DNA of 64,000 bases from Camelus dromedarius (GCF_036321535.1 NC_087447.1:36272001-36336000); one strand, 5' to 3'; shown: positions 1 through 14,330, numbered from the stretch's first letter. Notes: generated by a model not told the origin, from the sequence alone. Made by a program: numbers and translations.

Positions 1-99
1 CTCTCCAGGTCATTGTATTGTGTGAGATGATGCTTTGTTGGCTGTATGTGATATATAAGCTGTAAATTCTAATTCTTTAAGCTCATATTGTATACGAGG

Positions 100-1090
100 C
101 TCTGTGTTGGAGAATCAGAGCTGACAGAGAGGGAGTGCCAGAACAACAATCAGAATAAGATGGAAATGTGTGATAACTGTGTGCACCAGCAGGCACTTAA
201 CCCTGCCTAGTGTCAGGGAAGGCTCCTAAGAGGCGGTGACCCTTGCCTTGAGTCCTGAAGGATGGATAGAAGTTAGCCAGAGAGACAGGGAGACAACCTT
301 CAAGAAAAGGGAACTGTGTGCAAAGACACTGAGGCACCAGTGCAGCCTACCGAGCGGTGAACCATGAAGCAGGGAGCAAAGAAAGGCTGGTGTTTGCCTT
401 TGTCCAGAAGGTGAGGGGAGCTAACGGATGCTTTAAGGCCAGGAGTGACAATTTTATAGATTTAGAAATACTGCTGGTGGCTGTGTGGAGAATTACTGAA
501 AGTTACTTAGGAATAGGTGGATGAGTACAGAGATGGGGTGATGACCTTAGAGGCTGCTGCAGTCATCCCAGTGAGAGTGGCCGTGGGGATGGAGATGGTG
601 GGCTGGACTGTGAAATAGGAAGTAAGGCGGACTAGTCTGACTGACAGGGAATAAAGGAAAGCCATAGGATGACTCCAGCATTTCTAAATGGTTTTACTGT
701 TGGCATTTTGGGAGGGACAGATTTTCATTTTGAGTAACAGTGTCCTCACCCTGGATCCCCTGTCCAATAAAAGCTCCCTTCTTATGACAACAGAAATGTC
801 ACTGTAATTTTTCCAAATGCCCCTGGTTAAAAACCATGAAATGGTCGTTTCACCAACATAGGGAATAAAAGAGGAGGAGTGGGAAGAGTTCTCTTTGGGA
901 ATATGTTGATTTTATGTTTGATTTACATCTTGGTGGACATACAGGCGGTTGGATCTTGGGATCCAGTGCTGGAGATACAGCTTCAGGAGTCATGCCCATG
1001 GCAGCAAATGAGCTTTCCAGGGAGGATATTTAGCATGAGAAGGGGCAAGGGGAAGGCAGAACCTTGGGGACCATCGTGAATCTTCTTCGA
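100..1090 (-). mobile_element. L2 LINE relic
   Basis: Purine-rich L2 hallmarks (cagggaaggctcctaagaggcggtgac...gagtcctgaaggatggatagaagttagccag). Confidence 0.6.
677..838. mobile_element. MER20-like hAT relic within an L2
   Basis: actgttggcattttgg...atgacaacagaaatgtc...ccaaatgcccctggttaaaaaccatg resembles MER20. Confidence 0.5.
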
Positions 1091-2054
1091 CACTGTGTGT
1101 TGGGGAGGACAGATGGTATTCCAGGGCCTGCAGGGAGGAGGAAACGGAAGCTTGGCAAGAGCAAATGTCGTTTCCAAGTTTCTTTTTAAGTCTGTTTTGA
1201 CAAATTCTCTACTTGGCCCAGCCAGTGTCCAGATGAGGCAGTGGAAAAGTGGGTTTTGCCCCTTTTCTTTGAGGGCTCTTTAATGCTTTTTTTTTTGTGG
1301 CCAGTTGGACCAAGTGCCTCAATGACTTAGTTGTTACAATCATTGTGTCACCTTGGGTTTAGATGTCTGTGTACATTCGTAAGGAGGCATCTCACGATTT
1401 GCTTTTCCCCTGCAGTGGCAGATTTCTTCCTCGGCGCCCTCTGTGTTCTTGGTTCACTGATTAATAGACACTTGAGGAATTGCAGGGAGGCGTTTAACAT
1501 GCATCAGATACCATCACTAGCAGAGAAAGTGATTCACTGAGCTCTCTCCGATGCGCTGTCTGCATCCCTTCCCGCCGATACAGTTTGACGTTGGGGAATT
1601 GAGTCTGGATCTGGAAAAGTGCAGTTTGAATGTGTGATTCAGAGTCAGTGATGTGCAGCTGTCTCCAAAGTAGGGGTGCTTGGAGAGGCGGATGGGGAGG
1701 GGCCCAGGAAGCTTTGCACACCCACTGCCATTCCATTACCTTCTTCAAAGGTAGGGGTCATTCCAGGCTAACGATCAACAAGTTCTGGCCTCTAGCCTTT
1801 AGGCTTTCACCCACCCCTACCCATGCCAGGGGGTTGGGACTTCAGACGGGGATGTGGAGGGCTAGCGATTTATTTTCAGAGCATGAAGATTCTAGTAAGA
1901 ATGACTTCTAGTAAGCCCTTACCCTGTACCAAAGTTTTCGTCTTGCCTTGGGAATATACAGAGCCAGTTTTACCATGTTGTCTTCATGGCAAATAGTCCT
2001 TCCTTTGACTTCAGGGTCCACTCCAGATGGTAGAGCCCTCACCATCTACCTTTT

Positions 2055-2230
2055 CAAAGTTGGAGTCAAAGGACCTAGGTTTGACTCCTGGCTCTGCCCC
2101 TGTCTAATTGTGCAATCTTGTACAAACCCTTTAATTTTTTTCATCCTCAGTTTCCTCATCCGTAGAATGGAGATAATTCTTACCTCCTAGGGTTGTAATA
2201 AGGCATGAGATAATGCCTGCAGAGTGATGT
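2055..2230 (+). mobile_element. MIR SINE
   Basis: Core cctcagtttcctcatccgtagaatggagataat. Many more MIR cores occur, e.g. near 9000, 14470, 17430, 27980, 49170, 51330, 54270 and 59720. Confidence 0.75.
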
Positions 2231-4956
2231 CCTGGCTGCAGTTACAGTTGTGGATCTCTGTCTCCCCTTGTGTGGTTCTTTACCACCACCCACCTCCTGC
2301 CACACACACACACACATTTTTGGTTATCTGCAGAACTGTCTGGCACTTTGCACAGTGAGCCCTCTATTTAGGGACGTGGAGAGCTAGTAGGTTTTCTTTA
2401 GGGAGAGGGGACCTCGATAAGACCAGCTACCCTATTTTCACTTCCTTGATGCCACGCACCATTTAGAAGGTCTTTCACAGAGTCCACACTGGCAATGTGG
2501 GACCAGAACTGGCTCCAAACACATACTCTTCTACTGACTCTGATGCCTTTCCCCTGCCCCGTCCCCTCTCAGGCCTGCTTTGCCTCCCTCTGCCCTCAAA
2601 AAGTTAGAAAGGAACAAAAGAAAGAAACACTAGAATAAAACCAGAAAAGGCTGTCAGGATATTCTGTCTGGGTCAGTAGTTTGCTCACTGCAGAGTCTGG
2701 GTCCTGTGGGTCAGGTGCCTTTTTCCTGCCGTGCTCCTCAACCTGAGGCTCCCTTCCTGAGCTGGCATCACTAAGATTGAGAAGGAAATGGATTTGGGTG
2801 GGGGATTTCCGAAATCATCCTATTTTGCCATTTGCTAGAAGTGAGATAGGCAGAGAGAGCCCCTCCCTGACCGGATGTCTGGAGTCCCCCCTGCTACCCA
2901 GCCCAGCACTGAGGGTGCAGTGGTCCCCTTCCCCTGGGTCATGGAGGGATGCTGGGCCAGCCTGAGTGACTGGGCCTCTAGAGTCCCTTGGCTCTGTTAA
3001 TACCGTTGCTGGAAGACTCCAGAGGGACAGTTGGGAAATAGGCGGCCTTAGGAGGTCCTGAGCAGACACGTGAGGAAGCAGCCTTGGAGGTTGGGCGGCT
3101 GCCCTAATCTGAGATCAGGACAGCATCCACGGAGGCTGTGCTGTGAGAGCAGCTGCCGGAGGCTCCTCCCTCCCCTGGAATGTGGCTGGACTACTTTATG
3201 TCTCACACCCCACCGACAACTTTATCTCTTCCAAACAAAGACCCCATGCTTTAATTCCATGTGGCCATCCCCTGGGCCCTGGCACAGCTAACCCTCAGAT
3301 CCTGTGCTGATACTTTACAGCACAGCCCAGTTTGTGGACTGAAGTGCTAAATGTCAAGATTTATGTGGGCCATTCTACACCACATGCCTGTGTGCGCGCC
3401 AATACAGCCGACTGTGCACCTCTTCTTGGTTTTCTCCTTCCATCACTGCCCTGACCTCCATGTAGCAGGTAAAATGTTGCTCGCTGAGTACCCCTCATTG
3501 TGAATACCAGATTTACCACCTTCCCTATCACCACTTTCTCAGCTCTACCAGTGTGGAGGTGACATGGAATAAATGAATCTCGTCGAGCAGCACCAGGTGT
3601 GAGAGCTGGAAGGTCTCCTTGTGCTCATCATCTTTGATCTTTTCCCATTTTACAGACAAGGAGACTGAGGCCCAGAGAGGGAAAGCCACTTGCTTGCTTC
3701 CCGCTTGCCTGGTGTTGTTATTTACATTGAACAAATTAAATGCCTGAAGTAGGATGCAGAGAAGACAACATGGTGCAGGAAAAGAGTTTGGCTTCTGGAC
3801 CTAGATTCCAGTGGGAATCCTAAATCCTTCTGAAATGTGTGGCATCAGACAAATGACTTAATCCCTCTCCACTTCTGTTCCCAAGATGATAATGCCTTGC
3901 AGTGTAGTGTTGAAGTGACCATTAGAGGTGATACAGGCAAACATCTCAAGCAGTTACTCATGATGGTGGATATTCAGGAAAAGGTGACTGCTACTTTGAA
4001 CATAATATAACCTCAATGGTTTGTTAATGGATACTGGCTGCATTGGACTGTGACTGTTAAAGCCGTGTATAGAAGAAACAGCTTGACGTAGGTATTACCA
4101 ATCTCAGTATAAGCTTCCTGTGAGAAGGGGCTTAAGGAACCTCACCCAGCCTCCACTATGGGGCTGTGACCACCTGCTCCTGCAGTCAGGTTCCTGGGAG
4201 TTGGGCATAGGTTCTCAGCCATAGCTTTGTACAGGGCCTTGTTTCTTTGTTTTCCCACCAAAATACTTCTCAAGCTCAGGATCTCGCCATCCTACCCATG
4301 TATTTTAGAAACCTCTTGACTCACATAATTGCTAAATAGTATATTTCATGGATTAAGAGAATCACAGAACTAGTGAGGAGCATAAGGTCATCTTGGCAGA
4401 TTGCAGACCCGGGGTTTGTGTTCTTTCCTTAGCAACGCGTTGCCAAATGGTTTTTTGGCCTGAGCTTAAAAACTTCCACCAACAGGAGGTAGCCAGTCAG
4501 TCTAATGTTCAGAGGCCACTCTGACTGTGACATTGTTGACACTTAATTCTTTAAAAGATAGGCCTGCCCGTGACTCCACCCACTGATCCTAGTCTGCCAT
4601 CTTGGACCTCGGGGAACATGTCAGATTACCCTTGACAGTGGTCATGTGCTCTGAGTCTTCTCAGTCCATGAAACTCCAATTCCTTCAGAGATGTAGCTTT
4701 GACCCATTGGTGTCCTGCGCAGTCCTGGCCTGTCTTTCCTGGACACGCTCCAGCTTTCCACTCTGGTCTGTAGGTGTGGTTACCAGAAGAGAACACAATA
4801 TTTGGATCAGTTAAAAGTGGAACATTTTCTACCTCCCTTGTTTTGGACTCTACCATTAAGTGAGTCCCAAGGTCCTACTGGCTTTGCAATGGATTTTCTA
4901 CACTGTCAGCTAATTGGGTTTGTAGTAAATCAAAGCCATTAAACCAGTACGGATTC

Positions 4957-5253
4957 TGTATTATTTTCTAGGGCTACCATAACAAGTTACTACAAATCTG
5001 GTGGCTTAAAACAGTAGAAAGTTATCCTCTTAACAGTTTTGGAGGCCAGAAGTCTGAAATCAAATGAAGCAGCAGGGTTGGTTCCTTTGGGAGGCTCTCA
5101 GGGAGAATCCATTCCATGCCTCTCTCTTTGCTTCTGGTGGTTGCTGGCAATTCTTGGTCTTCTTTGGCTTGTAGGTGCTTCGCTTCAGTCTCTGTTTTCA
5201 CATGGCCTTCTCCCCCAGCCTGTGTTTTATATGCCACTTGAATCCAGACCAAC
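4957..5253 (-). mobile_element. MLT1-type (ERVL-MaLR) solo LTR fragment
   Basis: tgtattattttctagggctaccataaca...ggtggcttaaaacag...ggaggccagaagtctgaaatcaa matches the MLT1 end in antisense. Confidence 0.8.
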
Positions 5254-5980
5254 AGCACTGGATTCTGTGCAAGGTCTTTTGACTGGACCCAAGATTTTCT
5301 AGCTGTAAAATGTATTTTTCATGTTTGTTAGTAGAAATTAATCACTGGAAGATGGATTTTTTTTAAGGCAGGAAATTAATTTTAAAACAATGTGATGAGG
5401 TCTTTTTATTTTTTTTTATAATCCTTGTTTTCAGGAACCTAGTGTTAATTTATGGTTAGTAATAGCTATGACCTTGACCAATTCTTTAACCTTCCCAGAC
5501 CTCAATTTCCTCATCTGTAAAACAAAGAGATTGGATGGGGAGAGCTCTGTGTCATTTTCAGGTCTAAAATTCTTAATACAGTGACTTCTGGAAAGCAAGG
5601 GTTACCCTTGGTGATAAACGGTCTTAAGTTGGCTTAATAAACTGATTGAGAATTTACAGCTCTTGACTAAGAAGACAGATTATCACTCATGAGTCTGAAA
5701 ATCTGAAAAACTCTGTCCTTTTGTTCACCTTTGCCAGGATATAGAGACTGAGCTGTTACACATCCCCTCCCTCTTCGTGGTTACTCACGCAGTGTAGGAC
5801 TACAAGATTGGCATCTAGTTGGCTCTTGAGTATTTGTTACATGAAGGAACAAATATACTTAATACTTATGTCACATATAGTTATTGGGTGCAAGTAATGC
5901 AGTATCATTAAGTCTGATCATCTAGTAATTGTGGGCCTTTAAAGATTCCTCCGAGTCCCTACCAGATGCAGTTATTTTCA

Positions 5981-6655
5981 CTTATTTATTTTTCTTCCAG
6001 TTTTACTGAGATATAATTGTCATACAACACTGTATCACTTTAAGGTGTGCAGCATAATGATTTGACTTACATACGTGAAATGATTATCACAAGTTTAGTG
6101 AATATGCATCATCTTATTTAGATACAAAATGAGAGAAATAGAAAAAAAAATTTGTGATGAGAACTCTTAGCATTTATTTTCTTAGCAACTTTCATGTATA
6201 ACATCCAGCAGTGTTAACTATGTTTTTCATGTTGACCATTATATCTTTATTACTTCTTTATCTTATAACTGGAAGTTTGTAGTACTTTTTGCCTGCCTTC
6301 ATCCAAGTCCCCGTCCCCCAACTGACCCGCCCATACCATTACCACCTCAACACCCACCTCTGGTAACCACAAATCTGATTTTTTTTCTGTGGGTTTGTTT
6401 GTATATGTTTTTTGAAGTATAATTGAGCTACAACACTGTGTTAGTTCCTGTTACACAACATAGTGATTCACTATTTCTGGACATTTCAAAATGATCACCA
6501 TGATAAGTCTAGTTATATGTCACCATTTAAAGGAATTACTTAGTTATTGACTGTATTCCCCACATGTACATTTCATACCCATGACTCATTGGTTTTGCAG
6601 CTGGAAATTTGTACATCTTAATCTCCCTCACCTGTTTCTTTCCTTCCTCTAACCA
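5981..6655 (-). mobile_element. L1 3' UTR fragment with degenerate TSD
   Basis: Typical antisense L1 3' end (ttttactgagatataattg...); similar flanks agatgcagttattttca and agaagcaattatttttca. Confidence 0.75.
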
Positions 6656-7180
6656 AGAAGCAATTATTTTTCAAAGATGGTGGCAATGTTTCAAAGTTGC
6701 TTTCTAGAGTGGTTTCCTTGTCTGTGATGCAGGCGGCTGTGAGGGCTGGACTTCAGGGCCTGCGCTCTTAACACCACGCGAGACTGCATTTTTCAGGTTG
6801 GGAGAAGTCTGGCATCTTGTTAGAGGCAGCACCTGCTCAGATGGTTTTCTGCTGCAGGAGCCCCCGCCTGCTGTCAGTGGCCCCTGTGGGTGTCCCTAAG
6901 GGGTTGCAGCCACTGGCACCTCTCTTCCTTTGGATTCCTTAGGGACAGCACCGTTGGTAGCGCCTCTCTGGATTTTTCACCGTGTGCTGGCTGTGGTGGG
7001 GTTTACCTTTTCAGGAGACCAGGCAGGGAAGGCTAAGGGCGAGTCTACTTGTTGTTTTTGTTGGGAAGACTTGTAAGTTTTTTCATGAGAAGGAAATTTT
7101 TCTAACCTATTTTTGCCATCTTCTTTCAGTTCTTACTCTTATGCAAGGAATCTTTATTCTTTATGATAGATCTTCTTCCA

Positions 7181-7270
7181 GGGAGATGGGTATAGCTCAA
7201 TGATAGAATACATGCTTTGCATGCACAAGGTCCTGGGTTCAATCCCCAGGACCTCCATTAATTAAAAAAA
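7181..7270 (+). mobile_element. tRNA-derived SINE, Vic-1-like (camelid)
   Basis: A-box-like tagctcaatg, B-box gggttcaatccc, A-rich tail; similar to four other copies in the window. Confidence 0.85.
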
Positions 7271-8155
7271 TATATCCTCTAAGAGGAAGAGCTTGTCTAG
7301 AATCAGTGGTGTTGGTACAGGGTAGGGGTTGCAAACTCAGCTGTCTCTAGAGGCTTAGCAGATAACAGAGAAGCAGGCTGTGTGTGCTCCCGTTTGTTTC
7401 AGGAGTCCTCTGTCCACTCTGTATCTTTTGTTTCCCTAATTCTGGTTGAGACATGGGTACGAAGAAATTTCTTTCCTGTAAGAAATTTAGAAATGCAGGT
7501 GTGGTGACAAATAGTGCTAGGTGTACACCCTTGACACGGGGAGGCGGCGGGGAGTGGTGGGGACTGCAGTGAACCCGTTCCACCTCTCATGGGGCCCCAG
7601 TATTGCCACAGTTTTTGGTTTTCCAAGATGATGAGCTGGATTTTTATATGAAATTTTCCTGTTTTTAAACTTTGGCTCAATTTAAAAAATCTGTGTGGTT
7701 CAAATAAAATGAATTTTGGGGACAGATTGGTTTGCAGGTAATTAATTTGAAACCTCACATTCATGTTGGGGTAGACTGGCATGTGGGGTGGGCTCCTGGG
7801 TCCTCTCCCTGTATGGGTTGGTCTGGCCTGGGGCTGGGGGGAGGCCGTCCTAGGGGAGCGGTGTGTGGAGGGGACTGCTTATGTTCATCCTTGCATATGA
7901 ATATGGAAGAATTCAAGATACTTAGACTAAAAACCAAGTTATAGAACGATGTGTACAGTTTTATTCTATATATGTAAATTTTCTAAAAAGATGGGTATAT
8001 AAAATTTTAAATGCATAAAAATTTTATATGGCAAAAAAACAAAAACAAAGGCTACACAAGAAACTGGTGAAGGTGTTGCCTCTGAGATTGACACTGAATT
8101 CAAGGCAAGAAAGGGACCTTCTGCTTTAGTTTATACCCATCTGCAACACAGAATA

Positions 8156-8312
8156 CAGTCAGCCCTCTGTATCCGTGGATGCAGAACCCGCAGGTAAGGA
8201 GGGCCTACTGTCCTGTGCCATTTTATATAAGGGACCCGATCATCTGTGGATTTTGGTATTGGGGGTAGGAGTGTCCTAGAACCAATCCCCCCCCCAGATA
8301 CAGGGACCTCTG
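8156..8312. mobile_element. MER2/Tigger-like TcMar MITE
   Basis: TA|cagtcagccctctgtatc ... gatacagggacctctg|TA: imperfect terminal inverted repeats with TA TSD. Confidence 0.78.
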
Positions 8313-11300
8313 TACTTAAATTCTGGAAGGTAAAGTTAAAATTGTTGGGAAGTATAATTGCAGTATAAAGAGGATAGGCCTTCAGTGCTGAGAGTACCAA
8401 GGAAGAAGGCTGAGTGGTCTGGGGTGATCAGGAAGAGAAGGAGCCTTGAAGGCTGGGCAGAAGATGACAGGAGCCAAAGCCCAGGGGTGGGAGAGACAGG
8501 GTGACTTGGGGACTGGTGAATGGTTAAATTTGGCAGGAGCTGAGGATCTAGGGAAGAGATGAGAGATAGGAGGCCTTAGCAGTGAGGAGCCACGAGGGCT
8601 GTGTACCAGGAGATAAGGGACGAGCCATGCCCCAGCGGATCCACCAACAAGGACGGGGGAGTTTGGAGGCAGGACTACAGGGTGGGAGCCTCTCATGGGG
8701 CCTCTTCCGGCTTGCAGGTAGCTTCACTGATCCCTACTAGGGTGTTGCCTGGTGGACGAGGGTCACAGGTATACACCTGCTGAATAAGCTTATGAGGCTT
8801 CCTGTTCCTCCACTCCCAGCAGTGTGGGCCCTGGAAGTCGGCCAGCCTCTGCTGGTGCTCGGTGTTCTGTACCTCTGCCACCAGCAGGCCTCCCCAGACG
8901 TTCTGGAGGTACTGTGGGGCGACTGGCTAAGTGTAGCCACTGAGAACAAGCCCATACTTTGGAATCAGGCAGATATGGACTTGAATTCTGACGTTGTCGC
9001 TTACTGGTTATGTTACCTCGGAGTGGCACATGATCCCTTTGGGTCTCAATATTCTCATTTGCCAAATGGGGATGAAACGATTTACCTCATAGGGCTGTTG
9101 AAACCCAGCAGGTTAATACTTAGTAAATAAGTGTGCCTTGCTGTAATTTTACTTCGTGGTACTCACTCTGATCTGCAGTTAACACATATTTATATTATTT
9201 ATGTTTAATATTATGAAATACCTATTTGTTTGTATCTATTTATGACCGTATCAGTCTATTCTGTTGGATTGTAAGCTCATATTCAGTGGAGATAATTATG
9301 TACTAATCATTGTTTTACTCCAAAGCACTCAGTGCAGAACATACAGTAAGGCTAAATAAATGTTGGACGAATGGAGTTTGGAGCTCTTGAACCTACTCCA
9401 GTCTTTATAGCAATTGGCTTGTGATTACTTAGGATGTCTGTAGTCAAGGGCATATCTCCTCTGTGGTTAGAACAAGTTTTATCAAATCAAATGCCCTTGT
9501 TAAGGTGACATGTCGGGATGGCTCATATCCCTTCATTCTTTCACTCTCTGGCAGATCTATATTTTGTGAAGCTTGATGTTTATATAATTTAGGAGGCCTT
9601 CTTTAAAAATATATAAAATTTCAGGAAGCATGTACACACATTGGTGGGCCCTTTTCTAGGACCTTGGAAGGGGCTTGTGAAAGTGAGGGGCCCTAATGCT
9701 TGAGCTTCATTAGTTTCACTGTATATCATTTCTGTATTTAAAGGTTTATAGAATGTTCCCTACAGGCAGTGGTAGGAGTTATGAAGGCTATGGAAATTTC
9801 TGAAAGGGAAAACATCATGGTAATGGATACAGGTTTTAGTAAAACTGTCATCCCCAAATTAGGCTCAGAACAAAACCTCCTGTGTTTTTTTTTTTTATTC
9901 AACAAATATTTATTGAGCACCTACTATGTGCAGGCACTGTGTGGGCATTGGAACATAGCTGTGAAAACAGAAGTCCTTGTCCTGTGGAGCTCATATTTCA
10001 GGTGGTCACCTGCATTGTGACTTGTAGACCTACAGAGGTGCAGCGAAGAGCCACAGTGTTGATCTCAGGCTGTGGCAGTTAAGGCACTTTGGTGCCTTGC
10101 TATGCCTTTCTGACCCCCTCACCTTCTCCTTTCCAGGCCTGTGCTGGGAGTGAGAGCCACATGGTTAAACTGATGCTGAGAAGGCCTTGGCCATCCCAAG
10201 CGGTGATGAAAGAATCATAGATTGTTATGAGTAGGAGTGGGTATGGGCAGCTTATAACTGCTCACCCCCTTCATGGCCCTGACCGTGAGAGAGAGTGATA
10301 AAGGAGTCCTCATTTCTCCGTCAAAGCCACAGTGTGGCAGAACAGAACTGCGTGAGGAATTCATCCTGACTCCAGGGCTCACGAGTGGAAGTGTTTCTTA
10401 TGTCCTGCTACCAGAGGGGCAGACAACCCCATGGTCTCAAAGAAGAACAGAAGAATTGGGGCCTGGAGACACGAAGTGCTTACCTTACTGTTTACCCCCA
10501 GCCAGTGCTCCCCTTGGCCACAGCAGGGCGGTGACTCAGAGTTGGAACTGTGTTTTTGCATTGTTGCCAGCTTTTGCATGGTGCGGTGGGGAGGAAGGAG
10601 AATGAATGAGTAGGAGCAAGTGGCTGCTGGATTTGTAACACCTTGGGAGGCAGCTGCTCCAGAACCAAAATTGAAAGAGAGCAGGCAGGCTGGGAGCCTC
10701 CGCTTCTCCTGGGCCCACGGCCGGGCCCCTCCCTCCCTGTCTGACCTGAACTGGGGTTTTAAGGCCCAAGGCTGGGAAGACACAACCTGGAGCTTGAGGA
10801 GAGAGTGTTTCTGCCGCGTTTCCCAGGAAGTACGGGAGAGCAGGTTAGTCCTGTACTGGTTTCATAGGGCTTCAGTTTGCTGCGATGTGTTCTGTGTTCG
10901 GGTTCAAGAAAGTCAAGTAATGACTGAGAGAAGGGAGTTTTTGATGGCTTGGTTGGGAGTTCCTGCAGTTAAAGAAAACCCCAAACAATCCAATTTAATT
11001 GGGAATAAACAGGACAAAAGTGTCATTAACTGCACCTCCCTAATGTCATTACAAAGGGTATTCTGTTGGCAAGTGAAACTGGGGAGGACGGCTGTTCTGC
11101 CTCCTTCCTTTGTGTTTTCAATTACGTGCAGTATTGTTGCATTACAGTCTCTGGCTCCGGCAAGAGTCTGAGACGAACCTCAGCGTCTTAAGATGTTAGA
11201 GCTGGAAGATCCCTAAATCATCACCTGGTCTAGCCTTCTCATTTTACACTTGAGGAACCTGACTTATTGAAGAGCATTAAACAGAAGCATAAAACCAGGT

Positions 11301-13452
11301 GTTCTCTGAGGTCGAAAATGTTTCCCGTGAAGTTGTTAAACTTCCACAGAGTGTGTGTTCCTGGCTCAGCACAGCCTACTGGGGAGGCTGCTTTTTTCTT
11401 GGGCTGCACTTTCCGAACCATGGGGCTCAACCCAGTGAGGGACAGAAGTGTGGCTGAAGGAAGGAATGTACTTATTGATCTGAAACCACTTTGCCTGGCA
11501 GGCAAGTTCTTTAAATAGAAGTTTAAATAGGGGGCTAAGTGTTGTGCCTTCATTCAAAGGGGAGAAAATCCGTTCTTGAGCCACTGTCCTATGGCAGACT
11601 AATAATACTGGGGTTTGCAACATAGAAAAAGACGAAACAGCTCTATTAGAGTGGAGTTTGCGAGCTAGCAAAGAAAAATGTAACAGGCACTGGAGGTTGA
11701 GTGTCTGCCCTAGGTCTGTCACATTATCAGTACTCTTTGTAACAATCTTGCAGGGTTGGAATTGTCTCCTCTTTTTACAGAGAAAGAAACCAGCACTTGG
11801 AAAGGTCATTAACTCTTTCAAGGTCGTGCACCACCAGCGTACAACAGAGCTGGGATTTGAACTCTAGCCTGTGTAACTCTGAACAGCCTGGGGTTCATGC
11901 TTTGAAGGCTTCACGTTGGCCTCTTCAGATGGAAGGTCTAACCCCCTCGTTGGACAGATGAGGAAACCAAGACCCAGAGAGGTTGAGTATTTGCTCAGGG
12001 TTGTGAAACTAGTTGATAGTAATAGAGCTGGTACCTCAGCTCCTATCTCATTGCTTCTCTGTCAGCTTCCTTTAAAAAAAAAGTTAGGAGAGGGGAGGCT
12101 ATCTGGGTTTGATTTCCTCATTCAATCTGGAGTTTGGCTTTAGTCTTTTCATGGTTATTGAAGTCCTGTGGAGCCACAATTAAAACTTCCTATTAACTGA
12201 GTAGCAATCCTAAGTACTTGGGGCCCCATGTGGGGACCTGGGAAGAGGACAGGTTTGCAATGTGGGCTACTGGGTCAGAAGAGGTAATTTATGAAGTGAG
12301 TTGGCGACTGAGTGGATCTGAAAACACCTAGAGAGCCTAATGAAATATAGAGCTTGTTCAAATCACGCTAGAAGACTTCAGTCTGTTAAATCCAGTGTTT
12401 GGAAAGGACAGACCTCCCTCTCTGCAAGATGTGAGAGCTTTCAGTTTACTCAGTTAGTTTTGTGACTCCCTTGAGCCCAGCTTGGTCTGTGCCAGGCTCA
12501 GCCCCTTTTGGCACCTTTGGGCAAGGAGAGCAGGAACTAACTACGTCTCCAGCTGGTGGGTCTGAGGTTTGGCCAGATTTCAGTGTCTCTGCCTCATTGG
12601 GTGTGTGAGTGAGTCAGCTGTGGGCAGTGTGGGAGTGAGGGAGGTCCTTCCTTGGTCCGCGCGCCATGCTTCCGAGGGCTGGTGGAGTCTCCCATGTAGG
12701 ATCCTTTATCAGGGCCCCAGGGTCCCTGCCTCCCACTCTCTCCGGGGCACGTGTGATACACTGGGCTGCTGAAATCAGAAAACAAGATGGATTCTGCACA
12801 GCCTCGCCCTGAAGGTGACGTGTGTTTATGAGCAGGCTGTTGAGATAAAGGAGTTCAAGTGCCTGCTCCACGGGTATTGCTCTTCTGTGCTGCAGGAGAT
12901 ATGGGAGAAATAAGTGAATGGCTGCTCCCAGCCCTCTGGGAACTTACGATCTTCCTGGAGGTGGGGGTGAGGGGGAGGAGAGCAAACGCATGAAATAGTA
13001 GACAGCAATGTGAGAGCGTATAATCAGTCACCAAATTACAGGTTCCACACCAAATGCTCTCCCAGTTCACGAAAGGGAGATACAGGTGATGTTTGTGTTA
13101 TCCTTCTGTGTGGTTTTAATCACTTGGTAATTTCCTCTCGGGTATTTGCATTCCGTTCTTTGATTCTCTATGCCCACTGGGTTATCTCTCCTTTGTGGGC
13201 GTGGCGGGGAGGTGCAGGGGAGGGCTAATTTCTTCAAATTACTCTGTAACACAGTTAGGAGAGAGCCAAGGATGAAGCATTCTTAGCATATTGGTGTCTG
13301 GTGCTTCCTTCCTCAGATGGTAAGAGCAGTAACTTCTGATGGCTTCTGGCCCTTTAAGTTCTTGTCTCTTTGTGACCCGAGTATAGACTTCTGTGGGTTA
13401 GCCAGCCTGTTTGGAGGCACGGCCTCACTTTAAAGTAGGAGTCTTCTCAGTC

Positions 13453-14330
13453 ATTTCTCATTCACTCATTCAGCAAATAGAACAGAGCCAGATACTGTTA
13501 CAGGCTGATAGCAGTGAAAAGACAGACCAGGTCCTTATTCTTCTGGAATACACATACTAGTCAGGGAGGCTGATGATCATCAAACACATACATAATTAAT
13601 AAGAATAACAGTTAGTAATAATTAGGATGATGTGGTTTGAGGTGACTGGGAGCCTACTTCAGTGGGTGGCTGGGAAGGGCTCTGAGATGATAATTCTGCT
13701 GAGGTCTGAACGACAAGGAACCGGTTGCGAGAGTACCAGGGAAAGAGCGTCCAGTACAGAGGTTGTTAAGTAGAAAGAAGCTTGATGTTCAAGGAGCACG
13801 AAGAAGGTCGGTGTGGCCGGGGCAGGATGGGGAAGGAGGAGAGTGGTACAAGAGGAGGATGGAGCCAGGCAGGGGTTGGATCATCTAGGATCTTGTAAGC
13901 CCAGGTAAGGAGCTTGAATTTTACTGTGTGTGTGATGTGGAGCTATTGGAGGGTTTAAAGGAGGAGGGTGACGTGATCTAATGTACATTTTAAAAGATCC
14001 GTCAGGCTTTCGGGGAGGAGGGTAGGTGGTACAGAGGCCAGGGTGGAAGTGGGAAGAGCCGTCAGGAGGCTGTTGTGATGACGAAGGGGCTGGCTGTAGA
14101 GATGGAAAGAAACAGATGTGTTTTGTAGATGGAGGCAACAGGACTTGCTACTCAGTGATGTGTGGCGGTTAAGGTAAGAGTGGAGGATGACTCCAAGGTC
14201 GTTGGATAGTGATGCCGTTCATGGACATAGAGAAACCCAGAGGAGGAGTACTGGGTTTGGTGGGAGTGAAGAGAGGAAACTCATCCTGTTTTTTGCCCTG
14301 TTAAAAGTTAGACACCTATTCATCATTGCC
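13453..14330 (-). mobile_element. L2 LINE 3' relic
   Basis: Starts with an antisense L2 tail (cattcactcattcagcaaata), followed by about 850 bp of L2-like body. Confidence 0.7.

Noticed and set aside
10620..11171. 183-aa ORF in the track
   Set aside because: Non-ATG start, no homology I recognise, no splice signals matching the gene phase.
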